DNA of 62,616 nucleotides, filler included. It is 19 parts of 19 records of this genome, joined end to end, with 100 filler letters (N's around TTAATTAATTAA, not from the genome) between each part and the next. Parts side by side here need not be neighbours in the genome. Positions count along the whole stretch, not along the records: positions 20,636 to 23,102 come from SRR36015646_55687; positions 23,203 to 25,946 come from SRR36015646_55728; positions 26,047 to 34,236 come from SRR36015646_56185; 16 more parts are not named here. One strand, written 5' to 3'. Shown here one piece after another: positions 20,652 to 33,548 of the stretch. The position numbers were made by a program, and so were the translations under genes. The notes under the pieces are model-generated. The model saw only the letters and a list, made by a program, of their open reading frames with translations. It did no database searches and was not told the DNA's origin. Positions within the stretch are counted from its first letter, which is position 1; every line of letters begins with the position of its first letter.

Positions 20652-23102
20652 ATGATACTTCCAAGAAAAGGAGAATCGAGCATTCTGTGTTCAAAGGACC
20701 TCAGGATTGGGAATTTGCTTTCGGAAATAGCAAAGCAAAAAGATGACCTTATGGAGAACGAATATATGGAGGAGAGTGATGACGAAAAGGACATCGAAAC
20801 CACTGGTAACAGTACTATGACAAAGATTTACTCTTACCATGCTGCCAAATCTCTTCAAGTTGAACTGAAAGCAGCAGCTAAAACTGAACGTGATCAACGA
20901 AAAGCACTCCAGTCAAGCCAAGTCGAAGACAATGTTCTTACTACTGAACCATCACTGGAAATATCTTATGAAGAGGCGTTTCGAAAATCAGGCTACAATC
21001 TGTATAACCACATTGCCTGGTTGATTACTGGGGCATCCCCAGAAGTCAACGATGATGGACGAGTAGAACTGAACACAAAGCAGCATGAACAAGTTCTCAA
21101 TCTCTCGCAAGATATCAGCTCAGCAGTATCTGGAATTCCAACACCAAAGCATGTTGGTACTGCTCTACATGTACTGAAACAAACTCGTAGCAAAGAAACG
21201 GTCACACTGCTTAACAGACTGGGACACTGTATCAGTTATCAAGATGCACAGCGCTACATAACAACAATTGCTGAAGCAGCTGCTGAACAAACAATGGAAG
21301 ATGGGTTCTTCACACCTTCGCACCTTCGACACAGTCGATTTACACACTTTGCCATTGATAATTTAGATTTCCATGAAAACACAAAGGATGGTACTACCAC
21401 TCATGGAACAACTCATGCAATTTTTCAATATCCAAACCCTGGTGAACTACAAGTTGCATCAACCGCTGCAGTACCCCTTGTGAAAACACGAACAGTATCA
21501 ACTACCAATCTGCAAAAGTTCACTACCACAGAATGCGGCCTTAGTCTCAAAGATAGACAGGAAAGCAGGTCTTTGTCTGGTGTTGAGCTACATGTTGACC
21601 GTATTGCCAAGCAAATGGATTTTCATCCTAACACACTTTGGCATTTTATTGGAATGGAGTTGTTGAACCCGGACAAAAACATCACATGGAACTCGTTCCA
21701 CAAGTTCTTGATAAAGGAAGAAGCACAGGCTACCATAATAGGGTACGGACCATTTTTCCCAGAATCACCTACGAAACCTGATGTTGTACAGGCCTCTGTT
21801 GAATACTGCATGAAAGTCGCAGTCAAGTTAGGACAAGAGCACTGCATTCTAACATGCGATCAGGCAATCTACGAAATTGTTCTTGGACTGCAGAAGAAGA
21901 ACCCAGACAAATATGAGAGGCTCATACTACGTATGGGAGGATTTCACATTGCAAGCAATTTCATGGGTGCCATTGGCCATTTCATGAAAGCATCTGGAAT
22001 TGAGGAAATACTCGTATTGGGCGGTGCGTGTGGACCAGGTACAGCAGCCAAACTTATGGATGGAAAAGACTACTACGGAATGTTAAGAGCTCACAGTTTG
22101 GTATTTGCAGCTTTATTTCAGCTGCACTGGAACTCTTTCACACAATGGCTCGTTGATGACACTGATCAGGATCCAAGTGATCTAGACTTCATAGCCGTTT
22201 TCTGTGAACTTGCCAATGATCTAACAGGGGCCGTGTCAAACAATGATTTTGACGAGGCGAGATCATTGGTCAAACGTCTGACAGAATTTGAAGACAGAGT
22301 AAACAGGTTACTCACAAGCTATCATGAAAATGCCTGTTCTTCTGACACGTCAAAATTTTGGCTCATGTACATGGACATGGTACAAATTCTGCAGCGCTAC
22401 ATACATGGCGAGCGTGCTGGAATATGGGAAGAGCATGTAACTGAAGCAGAACGCATGCTTCCCTATCTTGTTGCCGCTGGACATCACAAGTATGTATCGT
22501 GTTTACCCCATTATCTAGAGGCAATGAAAAATCTGCCAGTCAATGCTCCTGCCATTCATAAGGAATTCAAATCGGGCAAATTTACAGTGCGCCAGACTTT
22601 TGGCAGCTTTAATGGTGTCTGGTCGGATATGGCACTGGAACAGACATACAACTGTGAAGCCAAGACCCAGTTGTTTCATGGCATAACACAGCATCCTCAC
22701 ACAATTGACAAGTACTTGAAAGCTCTCCCTGTTATGACGGCTGTATCAGAGCAGGTGAAGAATATGGTACACATGAATCCCAACACCACAGGCAATTCCA
22801 TTGACACAGCAGCTAAAGAAACTGTCATAATCAAGGACATTGTGAATGTTGTTCAGGCACAAATGATAAATCCATTCAAAAAAGACATTGAAGGTCTTGT
22901 AAACATTGCCACTGGCAGAAAATCAAATGCAACCGATCTACCGAATGCGAAGGAGATTGGGCTGAGAGCACTCTCCGATGCCCAACAAAAAGGAAGTAGT
23001 AAGGTTGAAATAGTCAAACTGCCAACATTTGTAGAGAAAACTAGAAAGGCTCAGTCTGTTGCTCAGAAATCAAAAAAGGTGTACGAGGAAGAGAGCAGTG
23101 TG
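20652..23102 (+). CDS. Academ-superfamily transposase (partial, divergent from the other two)
   Basis: FAIDNLDF...THGT, TCDQAIY, RMGGFH, LRAH, ERAGIW and SDMALEQTYN parallel the motifs in the 1.5-kaa ORF at 37316. Confidence 0.75.
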
Positions 23103-23203
23103 NNNNNNNNNNNNNNNNNNNNNNNNNNNNNNNNNNNNNNNNNNNNTTAATTAATTAANNNNNNNNNNNNNNNNNNNNNNNNNNNNNNNNNNNNNNNNNN
23201 NNC

Positions 23204-25946
23204 TGCAGTTTTTACATCATGATGGTTTACACCATGTGCTATGTGCACAAAAATCTTTGTATCTGCTTCCTCGTGATCACATTTTAACGCATTAGCTAAT
23301 TCTGCCTCGTCAACCTTGTTTGTAACTGTCTCGTTATCTTTCGATGCAAACATCAAACTTTCAGATCTCGCATTCTGCACACACTTTGCCAATAGTGGGT
23401 ATAATTCTTTTTTGTTTTCTTCGTTTTGTAGGAAACTCGACCAATCTTTGGGAATCCTTCCATCTCCCTTCACTCGTCGCCTACAACCTCTACCTCGTTT
23501 AAGCCGCGCGTATGATTTTAAGCTTCCATCTTTGTATGTATCAAATACAACATCGGTTCGCTTGTGTTTACTGGCGTAGGTAGTGATCTTTCCCACAAAA
23601 TCTTTCTCTGCATACGTTTGAAAGGTGTATTCTAGGGGCCGCGTCGCGTGTGTCAGACAGGATCCATCGATTGCGATGGCATCAACTTCTGGTTGCAATA
23701 GTTGCATTTCTTGTACAGATTCAAAACAGGTCATCAAATCTGACTTATGGGTTTCGTACAATTCACCATTAGAACTAATAGCTGCTGGAAATGGTTGGTT
23801 TTCAAATTTGAAGAATTCGTCGAGGTCTACGTTGCGTGTTTGGCACGTGATAAATAAGTTTGCAAACAGATTGCGGTCTTCCTTCAGCATGACTTCTTTT
23901 TTGCATTGCTTTGTCTTACATGTCTCAAACAAGCTAAATTTGTTTTTTGCAATCGGAGTGTTAAACTTATCACTGATGTCTGCTATAAATTCTTCAAATT
24001 GCTGTTTGCCTTTGGAATAGAAACTTTTAATCATCTGAACCACGCTGCCGTCCATAACATCTTTGGTATCGAGTGTCAGAGCGTCTGTAAGAGACTCTTC
24101 TAGGTATGGACTGCCCATTTGGTTGAAGACTTCTGTAAGATTATGGACATCAGTCAGAAATCTTTCCTGTGCTGATGGGGTCTCTTCATGATGTTTTGTG
24201 ACAATCTTTTCACCCTTACCTGAAAAGACTTCATATTGATCTGCTAACCTACATACCTCTGGCCCAGCGACCATCCATCTCAACAGTGCAGATTCCCGCT
24301 CCGTTAGACCAATTGCTCCGCCCCTTTCCTTTATTACCGCATTGTTTTGTTCATGGGCCTGATCTATTGCCATACCTGAAAACACTCTCTCCGACTTATG
24401 GATTACGAATTTACCTTTCATAAATTGGTCGTACACCTGCGGAAATTTACTTTGCAGTGATAACATATCAACCAGATGAACCGTGAGCCACCTGGAGTAA
24501 TGAGTACTGTCATTGCCAAACAAATATGGCAAAAGCATGGCAATACCTTCTAGGTACGACTCAAAATTACCCTCTCTGATTGATCTAATAAATGCCAATA
24601 TGGTGAGCTCAGTAGTCAGAACCATGTTCCAATACTGAAACTGTGGAACTGTAGCACTCTTAGATGCGCACCATTCTTTAAAAACATTGTCACTTTGATC
24701 ACCTAGAACTGAATCGCCGTCAGAATGCAATTCCCTCTGATCAAAAGCAGCCCTCAACAATTTATACAAACTGCATGCTGTTACTTGATGTGCTCTCCTA
24801 GTTTTTGTGATACTGGCTGCTGACAAGAATGACTCAGCTGTGCCTGACGAAGCTACTCCAGATTCCTCTATAGCTGTGTTCCAACCACTTCCTTTCAAAA
24901 TTCGGCCAATCATTTTGAGAGCTGCCATCTCAATGTGCAATGAACCCATCATAACGACAAAGTTTCCATATTTATCAGGCCACTGCCATTGAATTTGCTT
25001 AGCCAAAGCAAACAATGGCTGATCAGCAGTAATAACAGGAGTCTGTGAGGGATTCAGATATGAAGTTGTCGCTCTGACTTGGTCCATAACGTGTTTTATC
25101 GTGGGCATGTCATGAGCCTGATCTCTTAAAAGAGGCATTAGAGCAGACATGCTAACTTCAAATTCACGGTTTCTGATTTGAGCAGCATTGTAAGCCGACC
25201 ATGTCACCTTCATATTTTCGCTGAATTCTTCAGTGACACTCACGTTCTCAAGCCATTCGTATTCTTTGTTCAGGAGACACATCGATAGGGATGGAATCAT
25301 AGGGAGGAATTCCTTTGGTGGTGATGGCTTCTTTGGAAAATAAGCAGGTTTAACATTGGTATAGCTGTCGGGCAACTCTGGTATCTTTTTGACATGTTCA
25401 CTTAGTGTTAGCTGTTCTTGTGCTTGACCTGATGAGTTGCTGAAGCCTTGGAATAATGAAACACTAGTGCCATGAAATGAGGTTTTTGCTGTAGTTGCCG
25501 TAGGATTGTGATCACAGTTATCAACAGCACTAACTGTGAATACTCCGAATCTTAGCTGTGGTGGACAAACTATTCCAAGATTTATGTACCGGTTTACTAC
25601 GGCATCTCCCAACTGGTTCGAAATTTCAAGCACCCTGTCATAGCTTATACTAATACCTTGTTCAAAAAGCATGTCAACCAATTCCTTTTTTCTTGTTTTT
25701 GAATGCACCGACAGTCCTACGAAGACAGGAAAAGCCGTTTCACGACCTTTGGAATGTCTTTGGTACATTGCATTTGCATTGTAGTTTGCAAAGCAGTTGA
25801 ACTGTAATAGTTGTGCTAGTGCTATATCAGTTTTGCATGTCCCAACAGCCATATGCGTTTTAATGCCAGCACCATGCGAAACGCTGGATACAAAATCCAA
25901 AAGCATGGGAGGTGTGCATGCACTAGTATAATTGTCATCAAAAGCT
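23204..25946 (-). CDS. Academ (AcademX-type) transposase with start of XPG/PIN-like nuclease (partial)
   Basis: Transposase motifs VDNCDHNP...FHGT, ADQPL, GSLHIEM and IDQAHEQNN; nuclease motifs IDG, DVVFDTY and HEEADT. Open at both contig edges. Confidence 0.82.
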
Positions 25947-27896
25947 NNNNNNNNNNNNNNNNNNNNNNNNNNNNNNNNNNNNNNNNNNNNTTAATTAATT
26001 AANNNNNNNNNNNNNNNNNNNNNNNNNNNNNNNNNNNNNNNNNNNNATGAAATACTAATAAAAAATGCTAGATTTACGAATCAATAATTACTGAAAACGA
26101 GGAATTATTGTAAGGCTCCCTACTCGCAGCACCACCATTGAATAACGAATGAGTACGCAAGACAATTATCCCAGGAGATCCGAGTGAGATAACCAATCTA
26201 TCCTAGTGAAATGAACAATGATATAAAAGATTGTCTCTAGTGAATTTATAGTAGCAGAGCAATGAAAGACGAGTTCCATCTCCATGTACTACTATGTAAA
26301 CCGATACAACACACTTTCTACATACCATCATAATAATAACAAATACCAAAATGCGAAGCACTAGCCATGTACAGTGGAATGCAATTCGTACAATAAGAAA
26401 CTGCACAATTAATCTTCATATTAACAACAGATTTGTTAATGCTGGAAATGTACAATGAAATGTCTTCCATATTATAAGAAGACCGAAATCTCATATTCAT
26501 CTTATCATGGAGGAGTCCTGTGATACTTAAACGTCAACAAATGCCCACCAAGCCATTCTCCAACATAACTAATTGACTAAGTGTCTCATGAAATACCCTT
26601 TTTTTTTGGGTTACATAACACGAAAAGAAAACTAAACCGTACAGACGAAACTCCCTTCCCAGGCCTCTGGAAGACAAGAATCAAATGTACACAATCGCCG
26701 AACTTGGAACGACCAAATAATTAAACAAACTAGAGTATATATCAGATACGTCTATCTTTATATAACTCAATTTTAATGGTGGATCCAGGATTATGAGCGG
26801 TTACCAGTCAGCACACCTGACGATGAAAACGCCTCAATCACTTAAATCCGACCATATGAAAAAAGACACCAGCAACCTCTTCCCGTCCCAGATCATCTGA
26901 TTATAATACTAGAACTCTATGATCACAATCATGAACATACTAATACAATTAGTTACCAGAACTATACTGGATTCCTTTTGAATCACAGTATCAAAAAGTG
27001 TCCTGATGCACAGAAAAATAAAATCTGTCATCAGAGAACTATAATGTGTTTCAGATTACCTTAATGTAATACTGACACCATTTCAACATGTTGGATCATC
27101 TCCATACTGCCATCCGGCAAAATTCCAAGGCAAGATTCCTTATGAATCAACTTACAACATTATAAATAATCGATTCTGATGTAAAACATTACCAGGCCAT
27201 TTCTTACAAAATGCCCAGTGGAGTGTCGTCCAATTGATCCTTTCAATTAATACCTTCATCGTCGTAAGACACCAGTACTCTTTTTATGAAATAACTTCAT
27301 GAATCGATGATCCCCTGTGCCACAAGTTCACCATGAAAACCAGCGGCAGGCGTCTTATTGACAAGACCATAGGACCCACGTTATTCAACTAAGAGAACCG
27401 CTCTTCGACAAACCAACACGACCGAATATCTTCGAATTATTTCACTACTGACTATTCGACATGCAAAAAATCATAGTTGACTTTCCAACAAGAACTCCAA
27501 AATACCTTTCCATAATCGAAAAAAGAATAATAAAACAAACATTCCATGGCGCTTCCAAAAAGACAACAATAATTTCTACAAAATTATCTTCGCATCGCAT
27601 TGGCAAAAAAAACAAACTTCGTTTCTGTACATACATGTTTTTATTTGATAAAGTATATTACATAACTACACCTTTACATGCAAACTCAAATCCTATGCCC
27701 GAACATAGGATGATGATGAAGCCAGATAATCCGTTCCACCACTCCCAGGTACTCTATATCCGTGTCCGTTCCATGTCCGTTCCAAATCACAAATTAAATG
27801 AGACATGAAGTCTACCCACTGCAAATCGTAATCTCAGATTGAATTATTTCCAACGCCTGTTGAACTTTTTTAAAGTTCCGACCAGACAAGTCTCCA

Positions 27897-30800
27897 CTAT
27901 TGTTCCAACACAGACTTAGGTAATCTATGTGGATTTCCATGTTTACCCTTGTTCGTGCGATCAGACCTCCGTACTTCCACTGTGGGTTCCACTTGCTCCG
28001 TTCTATCACGTTGTGTGGGTTCGAATATTATCCTCTTCTCTACCTCTTCTTCAGATGACTCATCTTCTGACGTATTTTCCGGACTACTTTGATGGTTCTC
28101 TCCTTTCAGTGGTACAAGAGAATTCCATCTATTTGGAATTGGTAAGATGTCCGTCAAATGCACCCGTCTGGATGGTCCTCCAAACCTAGGTCGAATAGTC
28201 ACCAGATCACCATGATCATTCACGTGTTCGACTACGTATTCTTCATCCCAGTAATGATTGCTTATCTTGTGCCGTCCTGGGAATGCGTAACGTCGTAACA
28301 AAACGAGGTCCTTCTCCTTTACACTCTTTACATTGACTTTTCCCGCTCGAAGTCTACGGTTCTTCCACTGTGACTTCTCTCGCTGCTCTTGAGCCACTAA
28401 TTGAGCACGTCTTAAGAAAGTCTTCTGTCTTTCTGTGTACTCTGTCCCTTCCTCCAACTCTTCTGATCGGTCATCCAGCAAGAAATCCACAGGTAGTTTA
28501 GGTTCACGTCCAAACATCAATGTGTATGGGGTAATCCCAGTAGTAGCATGTGGCGTAGTGTTGTACACAAAGACTAAGTGTGGTAGTGCATCTGGCCATT
28601 CTTTTCGTTCATCCTCTTGTAAAGATCGTATTAACCCATACAGAGACCGGTTAAACCGCTCCGATTGTGCATTACCCTCTGGCCTGTATGGTACGGTACG
28701 TGTCTTTTGGATACCATACATTCGACACAAGTTGTGGATGATATGTCCTTCAAAACAACGCCCTTGGTCAGAATGGAGCTTCTCGGGTATGCCATACCTT
28801 GTTATCCAATGGTCCCTGAGAGCCTTAGCCACGGTTTCGGCCGTCTGGTCTTTACACGCGATCGCTTGGGAAAACTTGGTGTACACATCAGTAAATATTA
28901 GTATGTTTTCGATGTTTCCTTTTCCTCTATCAATTTTCAAGAAATCCGTGCACACTATTTCCAGAGGTCTAGAGGCCTTAAGGTGACGCAGTGGTGCTCT
29001 AAATCTGATGTTGGGAGGTTTTGAAACTTTACATTGGTGACAAGACTCAACATATTCTCGAACATCTCTCTCCATTCCACACCAGTAGAATCTTTTCACC
29101 ATAAGCTCATAAGTTCTCTTACACCCCTGGTGGCCCCAACGGTCATGCAACTCACGGAGAATGTTAATACGCATGCTGACTGGTATCACCATCTGATCCC
29201 TTTCTGTGCCTGTCCTATCATTCACTCTTTTACACAGTAATTCATTCTTTACATGCAGTTGATTCCACCTTTGCAAAAGCTTTTTAACCATTTTGCTGTA
29301 TCCTTGCCTATGCTCTTTAACTCCTTCTTTCACCATGTCAAGCACAAATTTTACATCCTTGTCCTCTTGTTGTTGTCTAATCATTTCATCCATATCCCAT
29401 GTGGGAAAAGTTTCTGTCCCGGACAGATCCTGCATGACAGATAGCACTGCTGTCTCCACATCCAAACATTGTTTGGCAGCCTGCAGTAACTCAAATGGCA
29501 GTGGCGTACAATGTGTCTCCTTCAACTCTGTTCGTACTTCCGATGCACTAATGGTTTTCTGATCTGGTCCGCGCCTACTAAGAGCATCAGCAACCCTGTT
29601 GTAAGCACCCTTCTTGTACTTTATCTCGAAATTGAACGTAGACAAGTTCGACATCCACCTTTGTTCACATGCGCCAAGTTTTGCATTTTCCAGGTGTACC
29701 AAAGGGTTATTGTCTGTATAAACTATGAAGCGTGTCCCACATAGATATTCTCGGAACTTTTCAGTAATGGCCCATTTGAGCGCTAGAAATTCCAATTTAA
29801 ATGAGCTAAAATTTGGGTAGTTTTTTTCAGCTCCACGTAGGGTACGGCTAGCGTATGCTATCGGATGCAAATGTCCTTCTTCGTCATATTGCAACAAACA
29901 AGCTCCTAATCCTTTCAGGCTGGCATCGGTTTCCAGAACGAATGCCTTCTTGAAGTCTGGATAAGCGAGTACGGGTGGATGGATTAATGCTTCTTTCAGC
30001 TTCTCAAAAGCGCGATTAGCTTCTTTGGTCCATGTAAATTCAGTTGTCTCTCGCTTCTTTCCACGCTTGCCATTGACATTGGGCAATAAGGCTGTCATAG
30101 GTCCTGCAATTATTGAAAAGTCCTTAATGAATCTCCTCATATAAGACGCCAGTCCCAAGAAGGATCGTAGCTCATCTACATTAGATGGAGTCGGCCATTC
30201 TGATATCTTCTTGGTTTTCTCTGGATCTACATGAATTCCTTCTTCACTCACCACATGTCCGAGAAATGATACTTTCTGTCCAAAGAAGTGACATTTTTTT
30301 CCTTTAATTTTGAGTCCATATTCATTGAGCCTTTGAAATATTAATTCCAATGTCTCAAGATGTTCCTTAAAAGTAGAGTTGTACGCGAGGACATCATCTA
30401 AGTACAGGATGAGTTTTTGCATGTGGAGGTCTCCAAGGCAGTCTTCCATCACTCTGGAGAAAGTTTGACTAGCAGTTGAAAGTCCCATTGGCATTTTTAG
30501 CCATTCGAATAATCCGAAAGGGGTTCTGAAAGCAGATTTATGTATCGAGTCTGGGTGTAAAGGTATCTGATGATAACCATGAGCCAAGTCGATGCTCGTG
30601 AAGTATCGAGCAGCTCGTAAGGCATCCAAACACTCATCAATCCTGGGTAGGGGAAATGCGTCCTGTATTGTCTTCTTATTCAGAAGCCGGTAGTCCAAGC
30701 AGAGACGAATTTTGCCATCTTTCTTTCTGACAATAACAATTGGAGATGCATAAGGGCTCCTACTCTTCTGTATGATTCCTTTGTCCAATAGACCTTGGAC

Positions 30801-32201
30801 ATGATCACGGACCTCTTGAATTGCATTGGGGTGTATCCTCCGATAAGGCAAGTTAACAGGTGTTTGATCGTGCAGTCTAATTTGATGTGATATACGAGAG
30901 CATGTTCCGATATCAAATTCATCCTTTGAAAAAACATCGCTATACCGCTCAAACAATTCTAATATCGGTTGTTTAAGTACATCTGGCAATTCTTTCCAAA
31001 CATAACCCTCTATAACACTGTCAGATAGGTCCACTCCAGGTGGTAATCCTTCATGATCTTTTTCGTCTTCCCTCCCCGTTGTACATTTATCAACATGTTC
31101 ATCCTGTTCCACAACATCTTCAACAACTGCTTCTGTTCGATATCCTGGTTCATAGAAAACTTCGTTCACTCTTACTTGCATGTATCCTTCTTCATCTTCG
31201 TACACTTCTGCTTCTTCCTTTTTTGCTAATTCTGAAACTGTTCCCAATAAAGTATAGGGTGGTAGAACGATAATGTTTTTCGTTGAATTGGACAGGATTA
31301 CATCAGCGTGAAGTCCGTTGGTTTCAAAAACGGCATCGTACGCACAGCAATCACCTACAGTTTGATCTCCGTCTTCCATATTCTGATGATAAATACTCGC
31401 CTGTATAACTGCCGGTTGTAGATGTACCAATTTGTCTCTAAATTTGTCTTGATGTGCTCTAATTTTCCCTCGTACCCGGTAACAAGATGTTCCTGGCCAC
31501 AGAATAGTAGGCTTTCTCCCGGTTCGAACTGATGCTACAACGTTCTCCTTTTTTTCTTCTTCCACTTCTTGGCTATCTACTGCATCTGCTAAAACTATAG
31601 GATCTATAGCAGCTAACCTATGCCATGCTAATGCCATAGCCCATTTTCTTTCATCATCTTCATGTGGATCGATACCATCCAATTCAGCAACCTGTTCCAT
31701 AATATTGCAGCCCACCAAAATCGGATGTTTGTTCGAAGCGACTTCTGTTAATGGCATTTCCTCTTTGACCACAAGAAAGTGTGCTGGAATGTGTTGTCCT
31801 CTAGCAAAAAGATCAAGAGAGATCCAACCTAGTGTAAGAATTTCTTGGTCATTAGCAGCGATGATCCTGCAAAAGCTAGCATCCTTGGGTTTGTCTTCTA
31901 ACCTACGTTCGAGGAAGGATTTGAAAAAGGATTCTCGGATTAGTGATACTTCAGACCCTGTATCGATGACCGCTTTACTCTTCTGTCCACAAATGGATAC
32001 TTCTACGACTGGTCGTTTTCCCACTAGTTTCCGTAATACCGGATCACGATCTTTGAATCTTTCAGTTTGATCTACTTTTGCCATTTCCACCATGTTGATG
32101 CTGGTATTAGGGTTTGTATTACTCTGATTTTCTTTATTTAGATTTTCCTTAGATGTCCCGAATATTGTTACACTATTTTGGGTGACTTCGGATGTTGATC
32201 G
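27897..32201 (-). CDS. pol: Gypsy pol (protease, RT, RNase H, integrase), in frame with gag directly after its UGA
   Basis: Motifs AVIDTGS, RLCLDYR, LYLDD, ETDAS, YTDNNPL, HDRWGH...CHQC, SDQG and SERFNR. The frame is open from 32201; the first ATG is at 32093. Confidence 0.96.
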   Translation of the reverse strand, partial: RSTSEVTQNSVTIFGTSKENLNKENQSNTNPNTSINMVEMAKVDQTERFKDRDPVLRKLVGKRPVVEVSICGQKSKAVIDTGSEVSLIRESFFKSFLERRLEDKPKDASFCRIIAANDQEILTLGWISLDLFARGQHIPAHFLVVKEEMPLTEVASNKHPILVGCNIMEQVAELDGIDPHEDDERKWAMALAWHRLAAIDPIVLADAVDSQEVEEEKKENVVASVRTGRKPTILWPGTSCYRVRGKIRAHQDKFRDKLVHLQPAVIQASIYHQNMEDGDQTVGDCCAYDAVFETNGLHADVILSNSTKNIIVLPPYTLLGTVSELAKKEEAEVYEDEEGYMQVRVNEVFYEPGYRTEAVVEDVVEQDEHVDKCTTGREDEKDHEGLPPGVDLSDSVIEGYVWKELPDVLKQPILELFERYSDVFSKDEFDIGTCSRISHQIRLHDQTPVNLPYRRIHPNAIQEVRDHVQGLLDKGIIQKSRSPYASPIVIVRKKDGKIRLCLDYRLLNKKTIQDAFPLPRIDECLDALRAARYFTSIDLAHGYHQIPLHPDSIHKSAFRTPFGLFEWLKMPMGLSTASQTFSRVMEDCLGDLHMQKLILYLDDVLAYNSTFKEHLETLELIFQRLNEYGLKIKGKKCHFFGQKVSFLGHVVSEEGIHVDPEKTKKISEWPTPSNVDELRSFLGLASYMRRFIKDFSIIAGPMTALLPNVNGKRGKKRETTEFTWTKEANRAFEKLKEALIHPPVLAYPDFKKAFVLETDASLKGLGACLLQYDEEGHLHPIAYASRTLRGAEKNYPNFSSFKLEFLALKWAITEKFREYLCGTRFIVYTDNNPLVHLENAKLGACEQRWMSNLSTFNFEIKYKKGAYNRVADALSRRGPDQKTISASEVRTELKETHCTPLPFELLQAAKQCLDVETAVLSVMQDLSGTETFPTWDMDEMIRQQQEDKDVKFVLDMVKEGVKEHRQGYSKMVKKLLQRWNQLHVKNELLCKRVNDRTGTERDQMVIPVSMRINILRELHDRWGHQGCKRTYELMVKRFYWCGMERDVREYVESCHQCKVSKPPNIRFRAPLRHLKASRPLEIVCTDFLKIDRGKGNIENILIFTDVYTKFSQAIACKDQTAETVAKALRDHWITRYGIPEKLHSDQGRCFEGHIIHNLCRMYGIQKTRTVPYRPEGNAQSERFNRSLYGLIRSLQEDERKEWPDALPHLVFVYNTTPHATTGITPYTLMFGREPKLPVDFLLDDRSEELEEGTEYTERQKTFLRRAQLVAQEQREKSQWKNRRLRAGKVNVKSVKEKDLVLLRRYAFPGRHKISNHYWDEEYVVEHVNDHGDLVTIRPRFGGPSRRVHLTDILPIPNRWNSLVPLKGENHQSSPENTSEDESSEEEVEKRIIFEPTQRDRTEQVEPTVEVRRSDRTNKGKHGNPHRLPKSVLEQ

Positions 32202-33548
32202 TCATTGCGTATTTTTGTGATCGATATTGCTGTCCTTCTGTTCCTTGTCATCCTTTTCAGCATCCATCTCGCAAAACCTTTTCCGTTTAGGACACTCCGG
32301 GTATTTATGTCCAGACTGAGAACAGAGATAGCAGATCGGGGTTCTCATAGTTCGTGGAGGAACGTTTCTGGACTGTCTTGAACCATATGATTGGGTGTTG
32401 TGGTAATTTGTTGGATTCCCATAGGTTCGTGTATTATTGTTTCCTTGTGCCGTTGTCACCATCAAATGTTGCATTTGCTGCATCTGTTGAGTAAAGTTCT
32501 GTTGCAGTTGTTGCATTTCTTCATGTAATTTTTGTTGAATTTCCTGCAGGTCAGTTTGGGTCACTTGTTTCGTTCGAGGTTCAGCTGGTGTTAGAGGATA
32601 AGCCTGTTCATCTCGGGCTTGGTTACCAGAGCTTGAGTCACCTTGAGGATTTGTATAGTTAGGGCCTACATTCGACTTTGGTCTATTGAAAGAGACATTT
32701 GGTCGATTGTTATTGTATCTGTTCCCGTTAGAGTGATTGGAGTATCTTGCTTGAGCTGTTTCTGAATACACATCTGTCCCTGTTTCATCATCTTCCGAGT
32801 ATTCTGCCCGTAACTCCGTTTCCATACAATGATGATTAGAAGAGGTACCTTTGCTCTCGGACACATTCATCTCTGAACTGCGTTTTACACGTCTCAAGTC
32901 TTCCATGTCAGATTCTGGATAAAGTTCTAGAGTTCGTTGACGCATCGCCGCAAATGACTCGGTCTTGTATTCAACAGCCAACCTTCTGAGTTCATGCCGC
33001 ACCCTGCTGTCCAATACACCATCAATAAACCTGTTTTTGAGAGTCTCGTCTTGGAGATCGGTCAATGCACGCTTCTCCGTGGCACTGTTGGCAGCTGCAG
33101 CTTTTATCATCTTTGAATATAGCCACATCAATTGCCGAGAGTAGTCCATCAAAGATTCGTCATTAGACTGTTGTCGATCGTAAAAGCGTCGCTGAAGGGC
33201 CGGCAATGTCTCCAAAGCTCCAAATTGCTTCTTTAAGATACTGATAAGCTGATCAGGATCTTCTCTAACCGTATCAGGGTGACAACGTAGTTCAGCCTTC
33301 GCACTTCCAATAGTATAGTCAAGAAGTACTCGTGCCCTCTCTTTTTTGTCTGTGATGCCACATTGTCTAATGTACAACCGATAATCACTTAAAAATTCCG
33401 ATAGGGTCAAGTACCCTGTTTTACTGACTTGACCATTATATTTGTTTAGTTTGATGGAGTTGTTATTCACCAAACGGCAATTGCTCAATGCGTCTTGAAA
33501 GCCTTGTGTCAAAGTTTCCAAGCTCACCGATGGATTAGGTGTAGCCAT
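32202..33548 (-). CDS. gag: Gypsy gag
   Basis: Capsid-like FYDRQQSNDESLMDYSRQL and RFIDGV; zinc knuckle CYLCSQSGHKYPEC. Confidence 0.9.
   Translation of the reverse strand: MATPNPSVSLETLTQGFQDALSNCRLVNNNSIKLNKYNGQVSKTGYLTLSEFLSDYRLYIRQCGITDKKERARVLLDYTIGSAKAELRCHPDTVREDPDQLISILKKQFGALETLPALQRRFYDRQQSNDESLMDYSRQLMWLYSKMIKAAAANSATEKRALTDLQDETLKNRFIDGVLDSRVRHELRRLAVEYKTESFAAMRQRTLELYPESDMEDLRRVKRSSEMNVSESKGTSSNHHCMETELRAEYSEDDETGTDVYSETAQARYSNHSNGNRYNNNRPNVSFNRPKSNVGPNYTNPQGDSSSGNQARDEQAYPLTPAEPRTKQVTQTDLQEIQQKLHEEMQQLQQNFTQQMQQMQHLMVTTAQGNNNTRTYGNPTNYHNTQSYGSRQSRNVPPRTMRTPICYLCSQSGHKYPECPKRKRFCEMDAEKDDKEQKDSNIDHKNTQ

Noticed and set aside
20636-25946. Two convergent Academ ORFs that look like a paired two-gene element
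   Set aside because: They lie on separate contigs divided by the spacer at 23103-23202.
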